Source: an uncultured Alphaproteobacteria bacterium (GTDB lineage Bacteria; Pseudomonadota; Alphaproteobacteria; RUG11792). Taken from it: a stretch of 64,000 bases of DNA. Of the stretch, positions 41,078-51,017 are shown piece after piece (the first letter of the stretch is position 1; each line of letters starts with the position of its first letter). A program made the translations under genes and the position numbers. Under the pieces are notes generated by a model. The model worked only from the letters and a program-made list of their open reading frames with translations. It was not told the DNA's origin and did no database searches. The stretch is taken from NCBI GenBank assembly GCA_910588255.1, contig CAJUOM010000002.1:15470-79469 (forward strand), written 5' to 3'.

Positions 41078-42736
41078 TCACACTTTATGTATATGAACAC
41101 TCACAAGAGGTTTTTTTTCGAAATGTCTTGCGATTAATTTTCTTAATGAATTTTCACAAGACATTTTTAATTTTTCTATATCCGAATTTTTCACAAGTTC
41201 TGTAGAAATTATTTGATATATAACAGAACTTAATTTTTCGTTTGTTGTATTTTCCAGATATATACCTTCTATGACAACATCTGGAGATCCGATCAGTTTG
41301 TCTTCATTTGAAACAACAAAACTGACACTCATATGTCCGTTATATGTCATTACAGTTCTTTCACGAATAGCTTTTGAATTAATCGGTATCAGATCATCAC
41401 CATCTAAAGCGTTGAAAATAACATCATGGTGTTTTATTTTTTGTAATTTCCCTCCTTTGAAACTCACAACATCTCCGGATTCTGCCACAAATACTTCGGA
41501 TATACCACATTCTTTTGCAAAATCTTTATGAGCAAAAAGCATTCTTGCATCACCATGAATAGGCATAAGCGAACGTGGTTTCAGCCATTTATACATCAAA
41601 GCTATGGATTCTTTGTTTGGATGTCCGGAAACATGAATATCATCTTCTGTATCTGTTGTGACTATTTCAACACCTTTTCTGATTAACAAATTTTGCATCT
41701 CACGAATTCCAAGTTCATTTCCGGGAATTACTTTTGAAGAAAACAAAACAACATCGTTTTTGTCTAATTTTATAAGTTTATTTTCCCCTCTAGCTAATCT
41801 AAATAAAGCAGAACGAGCTTCCCCTTGAGAACCTGTGCAAATCACTAAGACTTTTTCAGGAGGCATACTTGCTGCTTCTTCATCTGTCAATATTGAATTA
41901 ACATTATCTTTAAATTGCTTTGAAAAATAAGAAGTTTCGGAAACAGCATCAAGCATCTTATGCATTGATCTTCCAATAATCGCAACTTTCCTTCCGAGTT
42001 TTTTAGCAACGCTAAATATAGTCTCTAATCTTGCAACATTCGAAGAAAAGCAAGTCACTGTTATTCTTTTGTGTTTATATTTTGGTATAATCCTTAACAA
42101 AGCATCTTTGACGGTTGTTTCAGATCCTATTTGATCTTCAGTCAATATATTTGTTGAATCACAAAGAAGACAATCTACTCCTTCTTTTCCGATTTCTTCT
42201 AGCCTTTTTTCATCAACAAAATCTCCTAGGAGTGGCGTTTCGTCAATTTTCCAATCTCCCGTGTGAAAAACGTTTCCAGCTTGCGTTTTTATATAAATTC
42301 CACAAGCCCCCAAAATAGAATGCGCTAAAGAAACAAACTCCACTTCAAAACTTCCGGTTTTTATAACCTGTTTAGGTCTCACAGTATTAATCTCAACTTC
42401 CTCCCTCCAAGAATAATCTTTTAATTTCTGTTTCAGAATCGCTGCAGGAAATTCAGTTAAATAAATAGGACATCTCAACTTTGGCCAAAGGTATTGAATC
42501 GCTCCAATATGATCCTCATGAGCATGAGTTATGAACAAACCTTTTATCTTGTCCCTTACACTTTCTGGAAATGATATATCCGGAGTTAAAATTTCTATTC
42601 CAAGCTTATCATAAAAAGCTATTCCTAAATCAACTATAATCCATTCTTTATTATTTCCAATCATAGTACAGTTAGCGCCGATCTGTTCAAGCCCTCCGAG
42701 AGGAAGTATCAACAAATCTTCTTTTTTTGCATTCAT
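41078..42736 (-). CDS. rnj: ribonuclease J
   Basis: 552 aa. Metallo-beta-lactamase motif HAHEDHIG, a beta-CASP region and an RNase J C-domain. Confidence 0.85.
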   Translation of the reverse strand: MNAKKEDLLILPLGGLEQIGANCTMIGNNKEWIIVDLGIAFYDKLGIEILTPDISFPESVRDKIKGLFITHAHEDHIGAIQYLWPKLRCPIYLTEFPAAILKQKLKDYSWREEVEINTVRPKQVIKTGSFEVEFVSLAHSILGACGIYIKTQAGNVFHTGDWKIDETPLLGDFVDEKRLEEIGKEGVDCLLCDSTNILTEDQIGSETTVKDALLRIIPKYKHKRITVTCFSSNVARLETIFSVAKKLGRKVAIIGRSMHKMLDAVSETSYFSKQFKDNVNSILTDEEAASMPPEKVLVICTGSQGEARSALFRLARGENKLIKLDKNDVVLFSSKVIPGNELGIREMQNLLIRKGVEIVTTDTEDDIHVSGHPNKESIALMYKWLKPRSLMPIHGDARMLFAHKDFAKECGISEVFVAESGDVVSFKGGKLQKIKHHDVIFNALDGDDLIPINSKAIRERTVMTYNGHMSVSFVVSNEDKLIGSPDVVIEGIYLENTTNEKLSSVIYQIISTELVKNSDIEKLKMSCENSLRKLIARHFEKKPLVSVHIHKV

Positions 42737-42755
42737 TTATATTTCTCCTTAAAAA

Positions 42756-43256
42756 TCAGCGTATTTCATTATCAAATACACCAAAAACATCTGATTTCTT
42801 TATCCACCCCCGATATTTTTCTCCGCCACTATAAATCTTTACTTCACACCATTTTCCACGAACTGCAATCAATTCCATAATTACATTTTTCTTAATAAGT
42901 GCAATCAAATTTGAATTATCATTTGAATCGGACATAAGTTTTGCCGAAGTATTATTTGTCGTCATCACAAACCTTTTTGAAGAAAGTAAACTTTTATGAA
43001 TCCAGCTTTCACTTCCAAAAGGATCTTTTATCTTTCTCCAATGATCATATTTTGCAATAATCATAACAGGCATCCCTTTTTGAATATATTCAAAACTTAT
43101 CTTATATTCTTTTCCAGGCCCTCTATGAGAATTAGCTTTATTTGATTTTATCGAAGCATAATAAGGATCACAAATCCCGCTTTTTATAAACGCAAAAGTC
43201 TCATCCGCAAGCAAAAATAAAAATAAGAGTAAATATATGGTTTTTCTATATCTCAC
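42756..43256 (-). CDS. SH3-like domain protein (COG3807/DUF1058 type)
   Basis: Signal peptide, then the pattern N.HRGPG..Y.I...Y...G.PV.IIA.YD.WRKI.D..G.E.WIH.S.LS..R and WC.V......GWI. Confidence 0.7.
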   Translation of the reverse strand: MRYRKTIYLLLFLFLLADETFAFIKSGICDPYYASIKSNKANSHRGPGKEYKISFEYIQKGMPVMIIAKYDHWRKIKDPFGSESWIHKSLLSSKRFVMTTNNTSAKLMSDSNDNSNLIALIKKNVIMELIAVRGKWCEVKIYSGGEKYRGWIKKSDVFGVFDNEIR

Positions 43257-44337
43257 CTATATAGACCCCTAAATTTCTCGCAGCTTTGACATATTCATTA
43301 TTTAAATCCAGAACCTTATTGACGCTTTTTATTACATCAGAAATATTCATTGTTTTTAATCTATTTTCAGAAAACAACAAGACTTTTCCAGAAACTTTCT
43401 TGTCTATAAGATTAATAGCCTCAAGTCCAAATAAAGTTCCAAGTAACCTATCATTAATACAAGTTTTTCCTCCTCTTTGAACATGCCCTAGAGTGACGCA
43501 TCGTGATTCAATACCAGTTTCCTTTATTTTACTCACCAAATGTTGCCCTATACCTCTATATGCCAAATGTGAATATTTCATTACTCCATCAACATTTTCC
43601 ACATTATGCTTAAAATCACTATCTTCAACAGACTCAGCAACAACTACAATACAATAATTTTTTCCATTTGAAAAACATTCTTTTACTTTGTTTTTCACTT
43701 TTTCAATATCATATTTAAATTCTGGAACAAGAATAATATCAGCTCCTGAAGCTATTCCTGCATACATTGCAATAAATCCGGCATCTCTTCCCATAACTTC
43801 AACAACCATAGCTCTCTCATGGCTTTTTGCAGTTGATCTGATATTTTCAACAGCTGAAACGACAACCTCTAAAGAAGTTTGAAAACCAATGGAATAATCG
43901 GTATAATTAACGTCATTATCAATAGTTTTAGGAATAAAAGCTATATTTAAATTTTCATTTTTAATAAGCAGTTCGTTTATTAATCGAAGACTGCCATCCC
44001 CGCCAACACAAACCAATCCTTCCAATTCGAGTTTTTTATAGCCCTCGTGAATCATATTCTTTATGTCTTCTATAGACTTTCCGGATTCTATAGTTGATGA
44101 CATCCATTTTGTGTCGGAAAGAATAATACTACCCGAATTCGTCAACATGTCTTCATTACAAAGTTTATCAGTAAGTTTTATAAAGTCAATAGGATCATTT
44201 GCAAGAGCTCTTATTCCCCTTTTTAATCCCAATAATTCATACCCAAGGTTTTTTGCTCTGATAAAAGCAGCTCTTATGACTGAGTTTAATCCGGAACAAT
44301 CTCCACCCACAGTTAGTATTCCTATTCTTTTCTTCAT
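43246..44337 (-). CDS. pfkA: 6-phosphofructokinase, intact
   Basis: 363 aa with RIGILTVGGDCSGLN, GGDGS, PKTIDND, MGRDAG and GH.QRGG. Confidence 0.85.
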   Translation of the reverse strand: MKKRIGILTVGGDCSGLNSVIRAAFIRAKNLGYELLGLKRGIRALANDPIDFIKLTDKLCNEDMLTNSGSIILSDTKWMSSTIESGKSIEDIKNMIHEGYKKLELEGLVCVGGDGSLRLINELLIKNENLNIAFIPKTIDNDVNYTDYSIGFQTSLEVVVSAVENIRSTAKSHERAMVVEVMGRDAGFIAMYAGIASGADIILVPEFKYDIEKVKNKVKECFSNGKNYCIVVVAESVEDSDFKHNVENVDGVMKYSHLAYRGIGQHLVSKIKETGIESRCVTLGHVQRGGKTCINDRLLGTLFGLEAINLIDKKVSGKVLLFSENRLKTMNISDVIKSVNKVLDLNNEYVKAARNLGVYIGEI

Positions 44338-44468
44338 ATATGTCGTTTGTTCAAACTTAACAAATTAGGATATAATCATTTTTTATATTAACATTCTTTA
44401 AACAAAATTTCAAAAAGTATCTTAAATTGGAATTAAAATACACATTCATAAAAACATCTTAAAAACAC

Positions 44469-44501
44469 CTAAAACTTTAAGGGACTATTTATGATTTGAC
44501 A
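44469..44501 (+). repeat. degenerate copy of the 24-nt motif plus TTGACA
   Basis: CTAAAACTTTAAGGGACTATTTAT followed by TTGACA (44496-44501). No good -10 is visible. Confidence 0.5.
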
Positions 44502-44577
44502 TGAAAGAAGGGGAAGAGGAACACTGAATAGCGTTCTCACTAGTTCCCCAATACTTCTCTTCATTAAGTATTGAATT

Positions 44578-45016
44578 TCAAACGTAGAAACCTATACTTT
44601 TTTCCCGAGCAATACTTCTAAATCTTTCCTTTAATTTATCCCCTATGTTATTATTGGTTAGACTAAGGTGATTAATAACTGTACTTGGCAGAATTTTAGC
44701 AAGTGCTCGTATTTCTTCTGCTCCTATATTTTTAGACCTTAGATTAATTCTTTCGCGGATGGTATTTTTTTCTAAAAGTTCTCGAGCTCTATCTAAAGCA
44801 ATTTGAGATATTGGTTCTTCTGCTTGAGGAGCCTGAAGTGATAATCTATTATCTAAAACACTTTGAACAGCTGCTAACTGATCTGTTAAGAAACCCTTTA
44901 AAGTAGTTAATTGCTCTATATTGAAGTTATCAAACGTGTTTTTTTGTTGAAGCAGTAACTTCCATACTTCCCAACATTATGGAAAGCATACTTATTCCTA
45001 ATAATATTTTTTTCAC
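44578..45016 (-). pseudogene. small secreted leucine-rich-repeat (RNI-like) protein, frameshifted in an A7 run
   Basis: Not in the ORF track. The GTG at 45016 gives MKKILLGISMLSIMLGSMEVTASTKKHV*. The neighbouring frame continues QKNTFDNF...INLRSKNIGAEEIRALAKILPSTVINHLSLTNNNIGDKLKERF...GFYV* to the TGA at 44578-44580. The switch lies at the homopolymer 44939-45 (T7 on the plus strand). Confidence 0.5.
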
Positions 45017-45141
45017 AATCTTTCTCCTGTAATAAATTTAACTTATATCCATATTATATCGAATATTATATCAAAAAGCAAGGGAAAAATATATTTATTT
45101 CGTACTTATAAAATAAGTAATAGAAACGTCAAGAAAATTTA

Positions 45142-45198
45142 TTAAAATTTTATGGGACTTTTTAGAGTTTGACTTGTGGAAAGAACGAGGAATATACT
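45142..45198 (+). promoter_or_regulatory. repeat-borne promoter module (motif + TTGACT-18 nt-TATACT) pointing at tRNA-Leu-rpmI-rplT
   Basis: Motif at 45142-45165, -35 at 45169-45174, -10 at 45193-45198. Confidence 0.5.
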
Positions 45199-45216
45199 GA
45201 AATTATAGAGGATATA

Positions 45217-45269
45217 CAGGTGCGCGGCGTGTGGTGAAATTAACGAGTATGCCACACGCCGCGCTCCTG
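45217..45269. repeat. GC-rich hairpin, type 1
   Basis: GCGCGGCGTGTGG / CCACACGCCGCGC, extended by CAGG/CCTG. Confidence 0.8.
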
Positions 45270-45595
45270 AATGCCTCATTCCGATTTGATTACATATAAA
45301 CCCTTCCACCCTAGGGATGGATGTTAGTTAACCTTAAACCATATTGAAGAAGTTGTGACTTTACAATTAACCTATCAAAATAAGTCACTGCACGAAGCAT
45401 GAATTAGAAAGAAGACCTCACCGGAAAACTTCATTGACACCGCAGAGGTACCTATAGCGCTTTCGCAAGGCATAAAGATTATAAAACAACCAGATAGATC
45501 TGTCTTAGTAAAACAATGTTTTTTAAAAAATAGCATAAATTGAATTTATGAACTTGACAAATAACGTAAAAGCTAGTAAATTTAAGAAGTAAGCT

Positions 45596-45681
45596 GCCTG
45601 CTTGGTGGAATTGGTAGACACAACAGACTTAAAATCTGTCGCCCAATCGGCTTGCCGGTTCGAGTCCGGCAGCAGGTACCA
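45596..45681 (+). tRNA. tRNA-Leu (TAA)
   Basis: 86 nt, long variable arm, anticodon loop CTTAAAA, T-arm GGTTCGAGTCC, encoded CCA. Confidence 0.85.
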
Positions 45682-45710
45682 AGTTTATATTATATGTGTT
45701 TTGAGGAATT

Positions 45711-45905
45711 ATGAAATTAAAAACAAAAAGCAGTGCAAAAAAGCGTTTTCGTTTTACGGCTTCAGGTTTGGTAAAAACTGCACAATGTGGTAAACGCCAT
45801 AATATGCGTAAAAGGGGCAATAAAATGCTGAGAAATGCCAGAGGGATGACTTTGATGCATCCAAGCGATGCCAAGAAAGTCTCAACTTTTTATTTTCATG
45901 TATAA
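45711..45905 (+). CDS. rpmI: 50S ribosomal protein L35
   Basis: 64 aa, basic, with MKLKTKSSAKKRFRFTASG. Followed by rplT. Confidence 0.85.
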   Translation: MKLKTKSSAKKRFRFTASGLVKTAQCGKRHNMRKRGNKMLRNARGMTLMHPSDAKKVSTFYFHV

Positions 45906-45923
45906 TTTTTAGGAGATTTATTT

Positions 45924-46361
45924 ATGGCACGTGTAAAAAGAGGTATGACAGCACATGCAAGACACAGAAAAGTTTTGACTTTATCAAAAGGATTCAGAGG
46001 CCGCTCTTCAACTTGCTTTAGACCAGCTCTTGAGAGATTAGAAAAATCTTGGCAATATGCTTATAGAGACAGGAAAGTAAAGAAAAGAGAAATGAGAGCA
46101 CTTTGGATTCAAAGAATTAATGCTGCAGTCAGAGAATTCGGTTTGAAATATTCAACATTTATCAATAGATTATCAAAGGCAAAGATCTCTATAGATAGAA
46201 AGATATTAGCAAAATTTGCAGTAGAAAATCCTGAAATTTTAAAAAATTTAGTTTCTAAGATTCAAACCGGAAACACAGCTACTGATTCTTCTGAAAAATT
46301 AGCCCAACAAGCTCTTGCAAAAAGGACAAGAACAACGAAAAAAGCTACAGTAGAGGCTTAG
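45924..46361 (+). CDS. rplT: 50S ribosomal protein L20 (with a ~25-aa C-terminal extension)
   Basis: MARVKRG..A..RHKK.L...KG.RG...R....A and YAYRDRK..KR..R.LWI.RINAA. Confidence 0.9.
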   Translation: MARVKRGMTAHARHRKVLTLSKGFRGRSSTCFRPALERLEKSWQYAYRDRKVKKREMRALWIQRINAAVREFGLKYSTFINRLSKAKISIDRKILAKFAVENPEILKNLVSKIQTGNTATDSSEKLAQQALAKRTRTTKKATVEA

Positions 46362-46373
46362 TATGTGTTTTGA

Positions 46374-46457
46374 GCGGTCGTGGCGGAATTGGTAGACGCG
46401 CAGCGTTGAGGTCGCTGTGGAGAGATCCTGGAAGTTCGAGTCTTCTCGACCGCACCA
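46374..46457 (+). tRNA. tRNA-Leu (GAG)
   Basis: 84 nt. Acceptor GCGGTCG/CGACCGC, anticodon loop TTGAGGT, long variable arm, encoded CCA. Confidence 0.85.
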
Positions 46458-46472
46458 TTTAATGAGGCAGAT

Positions 46473-46967
46473 ATGAAAAGCTTTTTAAAAAAAGATATAA
46501 ATTCTGTTAGAAATTTATTATTATCTGTTGCCTTTTTGGCAATCAGTTCAAAAGTTGTGGTTCCTTTGTATCCTGTCCCTATTACATTGCAAATGTTTGC
46601 TGTTTATTTCTTAGGATTATTGCACACTCCTCGCGAATCATTTTCTGTTGTTTTATGTTGGCTTTTTATTGGTTCTATAGGCGTTCCGGTTTTTGCATCC
46701 AGTTTGGGAGGAATAAGCGGACCTACTGTTGGTTATTTGATTGGTATGTTATTTGGCACTCCTTTAATAAGTTTTCTGAAATCCAAAGGTATTTTGCTCA
46801 TGATGTCATGCGTTGCATGTTATTTTGTGGTTCATATATTAGGATGTTTATGGTTGGCAAATTTTGTTGGCTTTGAAAATGTTATACAACTTGGCGTAAT
46901 TCCTTTCATTGTTCCAGATTTGTTAAAAATGACTTTGGCCTGTTCTTTGGTTGCTTTGAAAAAATAG
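46473..46967 (+). CDS. bioY: biotin transporter BioY
   Basis: 164 aa with 5-6 TM segments and the BioY pattern (VP.T.Q.F.V...G......G......Y...G..G.PVF......G...L.GPT.GYL.G). Confidence 0.7.
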   Translation: MKSFLKKDINSVRNLLLSVAFLAISSKVVVPLYPVPITLQMFAVYFLGLLHTPRESFSVVLCWLFIGSIGVPVFASSLGGISGPTVGYLIGMLFGTPLISFLKSKGILLMMSCVACYFVVHILGCLWLANFVGFENVIQLGVIPFIVPDLLKMTLACSLVALKK

Positions 46968-47124
46968 TAATAAGTTTTTTATTTTATAACAGATATTCAA
47001 AGATTTATTTATTCCCAATTTGTTGAAATGTAGTATTGCTGTTAATTTATGTAACAAATAGAAATTGGCAAAAATATTATTGAAAATTTGTAAACCAAAG
47101 TGTTAATTTAATAAATTTTTGAAT

Positions 47125-47303
47125 GTTCTAAACTTTTCCATATTATGAACTTTAATCGTTCATTTTTTTCTGCCTTTAACATTTCGAGAAATAAGCTCTT
47201 TGGCAATGTTTCCTCACTTTAAATGCTTACTTAATTTGTTTTACATATATTCTTTCTCATTTTGGTTAAATGATTCTATCGTATTAGTCAAGTAATAAGC
47301 CTC
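47125..47303 (-). mobile_element. IS256-family transposase relic (C-terminal region, multiple stops)
   Basis: Minus-strand fragments AYYLTNTIESFNQNEKEYM* and KELISRNVKGRKK*TIKVHNMEKF match the same C-terminal signature as 5283-5460. Confidence 0.5.
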
Positions 47304-47384
47304 TTAACCTTCTCAAAATCATTCCAGAATATTGATAATTCCATTTACAAAACTCTATATGGTTTCCTGGCACGACTTTCGGAG

Positions 47385-48104
47385 TTATTTCTTTAACTTT
47401 TTTATTGCTTCTATCAAAGTTTTATGAGCTTTTTGTGTATTTGGAGTATCAAATGCATCGCTATGAGCATGATTTGCATATCTGTCCATATAATTCAATG
47501 CTATATCATGACTCTTTTCAAGATTTTTTAATCCATATGCAAAATTTGCAACAGATGAAGGATCTCTATCGGCTTCTTCTTTCATAAATGCATCAACAGC
47601 TTCAGCATCTTCATTTTTTGCCCAATCGTCAATAGCTTTTTGTTCTTCACGATGTTGCAGAGCTTCCAGCAAAATTGATGAATCTACATCGTCAGAATCT
47701 GTTAAATCTATTGAAAGATACCTTTTTACTAATTCTTGTATAGCTGCTTTTGGAGTTATACCAGCTATAGTTGCTGGAGATTTCGCAATTGTTCGAACTA
47801 TATCAAAAGGTAGCCTTTTTACATCAGCAGGAGATTTATCAATCTCTAATTCTTTTCCACTTCTGTTTTCAAGTTCTTTTAATGCCATTTCTGGAGTAAT
47901 CTTATATATCATTTCATTTTTGGTAATTATTAATCTCAATATATCGGAGTGTATTTCTTCTATCTTCGTTATATATTTATGTGCATTTGCTTGATCCATT
48001 GGAGATATATTATTTTTATGCTCGCTAAAAAGTATTGTAATTCCAATACCTGTGATACTTAATACCATAATCCATGAAAGTATTGTTCTTTTTTCATTAT
48101 TCAC
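47385..48104 (-). CDS. hypothetical membrane-anchored protein (239 aa)
   Basis: One N-terminal TM segment followed by an acidic helical sequence. No recognisable domain. It is flanked by inverted IS256 relics. Confidence 0.45.
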   Translation of the reverse strand: MNNEKRTILSWIMVLSITGIGITILFSEHKNNISPMDQANAHKYITKIEEIHSDILRLIITKNEMIYKITPEMALKELENRSGKELEIDKSPADVKRLPFDIVRTIAKSPATIAGITPKAAIQELVKRYLSIDLTDSDDVDSSILLEALQHREEQKAIDDWAKNEDAEAVDAFMKEEADRDPSSVANFAYGLKNLEKSHDIALNYMDRYANHAHSDAFDTPNTQKAHKTLIEAIKKLKK

Positions 48105-48240
48105 CTTTTTTTGCAGTTTTGGTTTCTTTAAATTAAAGTTTATTCAGAAAAAGTTAAAAAATAGTTAATTTATGAAAAATATTTTATAAAATTTTTGCTA
48201 ATTTATTACAAAAAACAAACTAATATCTCAAAACAGGAAA

Positions 48241-48305
48241 GCATTAGCAAAGAGCTTAGTCTTTGGAATAAAGTGGAAAAAATGAACCACTAAAATTCAT
48301 TAGAT
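48241..48305 (+). mobile_element. IS256-family transposase relic (short)
   Basis: The plus-strand fragment ALAKSLVFGIKWKK*TTKIH matches the ..AL.KL.Y.A....KW..P..NW region. It carries the same TGG-to-TGA change after the A-run as the 47125-47303 relic. Confidence 0.45.
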
Positions 48306-48630
48306 ATAAGTATGATCTCAAATAAACTCAGTTCTAATTATCATTTTAAACTTATGGGGGAATTTAAGAATTTTAAATAGCAAGTGAGGCTTTTTTTATA
48401 TCTTACGAATGCTTAGCATAATGTAATAAGATATGCTTAAGCATGTGACGTGTAGTATTTGGATATTATTAGTAAATTTTTGCCACATCTGTGCAACAAT
48501 GTAGCACTAGAAAGCGAAAAAATCTCTAATTTTTAGAGCTTTAGAATTTGACGTATATGGAAGTATGTACACTAATCAATTTTACAATTTTGATACACAA
48601 AACCCTAGATTGTTTTAATTATTTTTTAAT

Positions 48631-48665
48631 TAGAAAAAAGAGAACTCATCTCTTTTCATGAGTTC
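48631..48665 (-). terminator. intrinsic terminator of rho
   Basis: On the minus strand: GAACTCAT-GAAAAGAG-ATGAGTTC followed by TCTTTTTTCT. The stem includes the rho TGA stop. Confidence 0.6.
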
Positions 48666-49915
48666 ATTGAGCTGAAAAAATCCTCGTTAGTTTTCGAATA
48701 CTTCAATTTTTCAGTCAAGAATTCCATGGCCTCAATTGTGCCCATTGGGTTCAGTATTCTACGCAAAATCCACATTTTTGACATTTTATTCTTATCTTTA
48801 ACCAGCAATTCTTCTTTTCTTGTTCCTGATCTATTGATATCAATAGCTGGAAAAACGCGTTTATCTGAAAGTTTTCTATCCAAAACTATTTCTGAATTAC
48901 CAGTTCCCTTGAACTCCTCAAAAATAACATCATCCATTCTGGATCCAGTTTCAACTAGTGCTGTTGCAATAATTGTCAAAGATCCTCCTTCTTCGATATT
49001 TCTTGCTGCTCCAAAGAATCTTTTAGGTCGTTGAAGTGCATTTGAATCAACTCCACCTGTAAGCACTTTTCCAGAGGATGGGACAACTGTGTTATAAGCA
49101 CGAGCTAGACGAGTTATGGAATCTAACAATATTACAACATCTTTTTTGTGTTCGACAAGTCGTTTTGCTTTTTCAATAACCATTTCCGTCACTTGAACAT
49201 GCCTTGATGCTGGCTCATCAAAAGTTGAGCTCACGACTTCTCCATTCACAGAACGTTGCATATCAGTGACCTCTTCAGGACGCTCATCTATCAATAAAAC
49301 TATCAAATAAATATTCTTGAATTTTTCCGTAATAGATTGTGCTATGGTTTGAAGCATAACGGTTTTTCCCGTTCTTGGGGGAGCTACAATTAATGCTCTT
49401 TGGCCTTTTCCTATTGGAGAAACTAAGTCTATAACCCTTTGAGTAAAACCATCCTTTCCTGGATGATCCAGTTCCAAACTAAGCATTTCTTCAGGATAAA
49501 GTGGAGTTAAGTTATCAAAGTTGGTTCGTCTCTTTATATTTTCAAGATCCTCAAAATTAACTTTTTGTATTTTTAGAACCGAAGAATATCTTTCTGTTTC
49601 TTTTGGAGCTTTTATTTGGCATTCGATTGTATCTCCTGTTTTTAATCCAAGCTTCTTTATGAAAGATGGGGCAACATAAACATCATCTGGGCCCGGTAGA
49701 TAATTCGATTCAGGAGATCTCAAAAATCCGAAACCATCTTGAAGAACTTCCAAAACACCTGTACTAAAAATTGGAATATCTGCTTCTGAGACTTTTTTTA
49801 GTATGGAAAAGACGAGATCTTGTTTTCTCATTAAATGAGGATTTTCGACATTATGTTCAATTGCACATTCCAATAAACTTGATAATGATTTTGCTTTTAA
49901 TTCTTGAAGATTCAT
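48656..49915 (-). CDS. rho: transcription termination factor Rho
   Basis: I start it at the ATG at 49915, which follows AGGAAG, giving 419 aa (MNLQELK...). It has an RNA-binding OB domain (GFGFLR) and Walker [18 protein letters not shown]. The track ORF extends 36 codons further upstream. Confidence 0.9.
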   Translation of the reverse strand: MNLQELKAKSLSSLLECAIEHNVENPHLMRKQDLVFSILKKVSEADIPIFSTGVLEVLQDGFGFLRSPESNYLPGPDDVYVAPSFIKKLGLKTGDTIECQIKAPKETERYSSVLKIQKVNFEDLENIKRRTNFDNLTPLYPEEMLSLELDHPGKDGFTQRVIDLVSPIGKGQRALIVAPPRTGKTVMLQTIAQSITEKFKNIYLIVLLIDERPEEVTDMQRSVNGEVVSSTFDEPASRHVQVTEMVIEKAKRLVEHKKDVVILLDSITRLARAYNTVVPSSGKVLTGGVDSNALQRPKRFFGAARNIEEGGSLTIIATALVETGSRMDDVIFEEFKGTGNSEIVLDRKLSDKRVFPAIDINRSGTRKEELLVKDKNKMSKMWILRRILNPMGTIEAMEFLTEKLKYSKTNEDFFSSMNS

Positions 49916-50061
49916 TCTTCCTACTTTCTTTAAATATGATACCTTATCATCTGTGATTTTGTTTTGATGAAAAGAAAATTGTTGATAACTATCGCAAAAT
50001 GCGGTACATATATAATGTAACATGGTTTTAAAAATAAAAAAACATTTTTTTTGGTGATTTT

Positions 50062-50280
50062 ATGAAAAAAAATATTCATCCCGAATATCACACTATCTCC
50101 GTTGTCATGACAAACGGAGAGAAATTTGAAACGAAATCTACATTTGGAAAAGAAGGGGATACGATTAACTTAGATATCGATCCTTTTTCACATCCTGCTT
50201 GGACCGGTTCTGGACAAAAGCTTGTTGATACAGCTGGACAAATAAGCAAGTTTAATAAGAGATATAATATCAAAGGTTAA
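50062..50280 (+). CDS. rpmE: 50S ribosomal protein L31
   Basis: 72 aa with MKKNIHPEY and HP.WTG. Confidence 0.85.
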   Translation: MKKNIHPEYHTISVVMTNGEKFETKSTFGKEGDTINLDIDPFSHPAWTGSGQKLVDTAGQISKFNKRYNIKG

Positions 50281-50313
50281 TTTTGAAAGTTATAACATAC
50301 TTCATATATCTCA

Positions 50314-50342
50314 TTGACAAGATGCGGGAATTATGTTTTAAT
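50314..50342 (+). promoter_or_regulatory. candidate sigma70 promoter for rpsD
   Basis: TTGACA (50314-50319), 17-nt spacer, TTTAAT (50337-50342). Confidence 0.4.
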
Positions 50343-50394
50343 TAATATGTTTAAATGAAAGTTAGTAAAATTTTATAGAGGTTATTTCCTAAAT

Positions 50395-51009
50395 ATGGCA
50401 AAAAGAGTCAATGCAAAATACAAAATAGACAGAAGGCTTGGTGTGAATCTGTGGGGACGTGCGAAAAGTCCGTTTAACATAAGAAATTATGCCCCTGGAG
50501 AACATGGAAAAAACAAATCAAAACCTTCTGATTATTGCATTCAATTGCATGCAAAACAGAAACTGAAAGGTTATTATGGCAATATAGGCGAAAAGCAGTT
50601 CAGAAAGATTTATCAGGAGGCAGTTAGAAGACGTGGAGATACTTCTGAAAATCTAATAGAGTTACTTGAAAGAAGACTCGATGCCGTTGTTTACCGTATG
50701 AAATTTGCAATAACTGTTTTTGCTGCAAGGCAATTAATTAATCATGGTCATATAGCTGTAAATGGTAAAAAAGTTGACATTCCATCTTATAGATTAAAAG
50801 ATGGTGATGAGGTTTCCATAATTGGAAAAATGAAAGACAATGAAAATACCCAAGCAGCAATTAATACCTCAGAGAGAGATACACCAGATTATTGTGATGT
50901 TGATGCCAAAACATTAAAAGGGAAATTTATAAGAGCCCCGAAATTGGCAGATGTCCCTTATCCGGTGTCTATGGAACCAAATCTCGTAGTCGAGTTTTAT
51001 TCCAGATAA
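50395..51009 (+). CDS. rpsD: 30S ribosomal protein S4
   Basis: 204 aa with an S4 N-domain and S4 RNA-binding domain (LERRLD.VVYR..FA.T...ARQL..HGHI.VNGK). Confidence 0.9.
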   Translation: MAKRVNAKYKIDRRLGVNLWGRAKSPFNIRNYAPGEHGKNKSKPSDYCIQLHAKQKLKGYYGNIGEKQFRKIYQEAVRRRGDTSENLIELLERRLDAVVYRMKFAITVFAARQLINHGHIAVNGKKVDIPSYRLKDGDEVSIIGKMKDNENTQAAINTSERDTPDYCDVDAKTLKGKFIRAPKLADVPYPVSMEPNLVVEFYSR

Positions 51010-51017
51010 CATTAATA

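Larger units (their letters stand above)
45131..45473 (+). repeat. ORF-less copy of the modular repeat (inverted relative to 1312-2367)
   Basis: Contains the 24-nt motif, promoter, type-1 hairpin, B module (CCCTTCCACCCTAGGGATGGATGTTAGTTAA) and A module (...CACCGCAGAGGTACCTATAGCGCTTTCGCAAGGCAT). It is collinear with 61129-61484. Confidence 0.8.

Noticed and set aside
45602-45874. Track ORFs 45602-45793 (+) and 45629-45874 (-).
   Set aside because: They overlap tRNA-Leu(TAA) and the rpmI gene in other frames. They are spurious.
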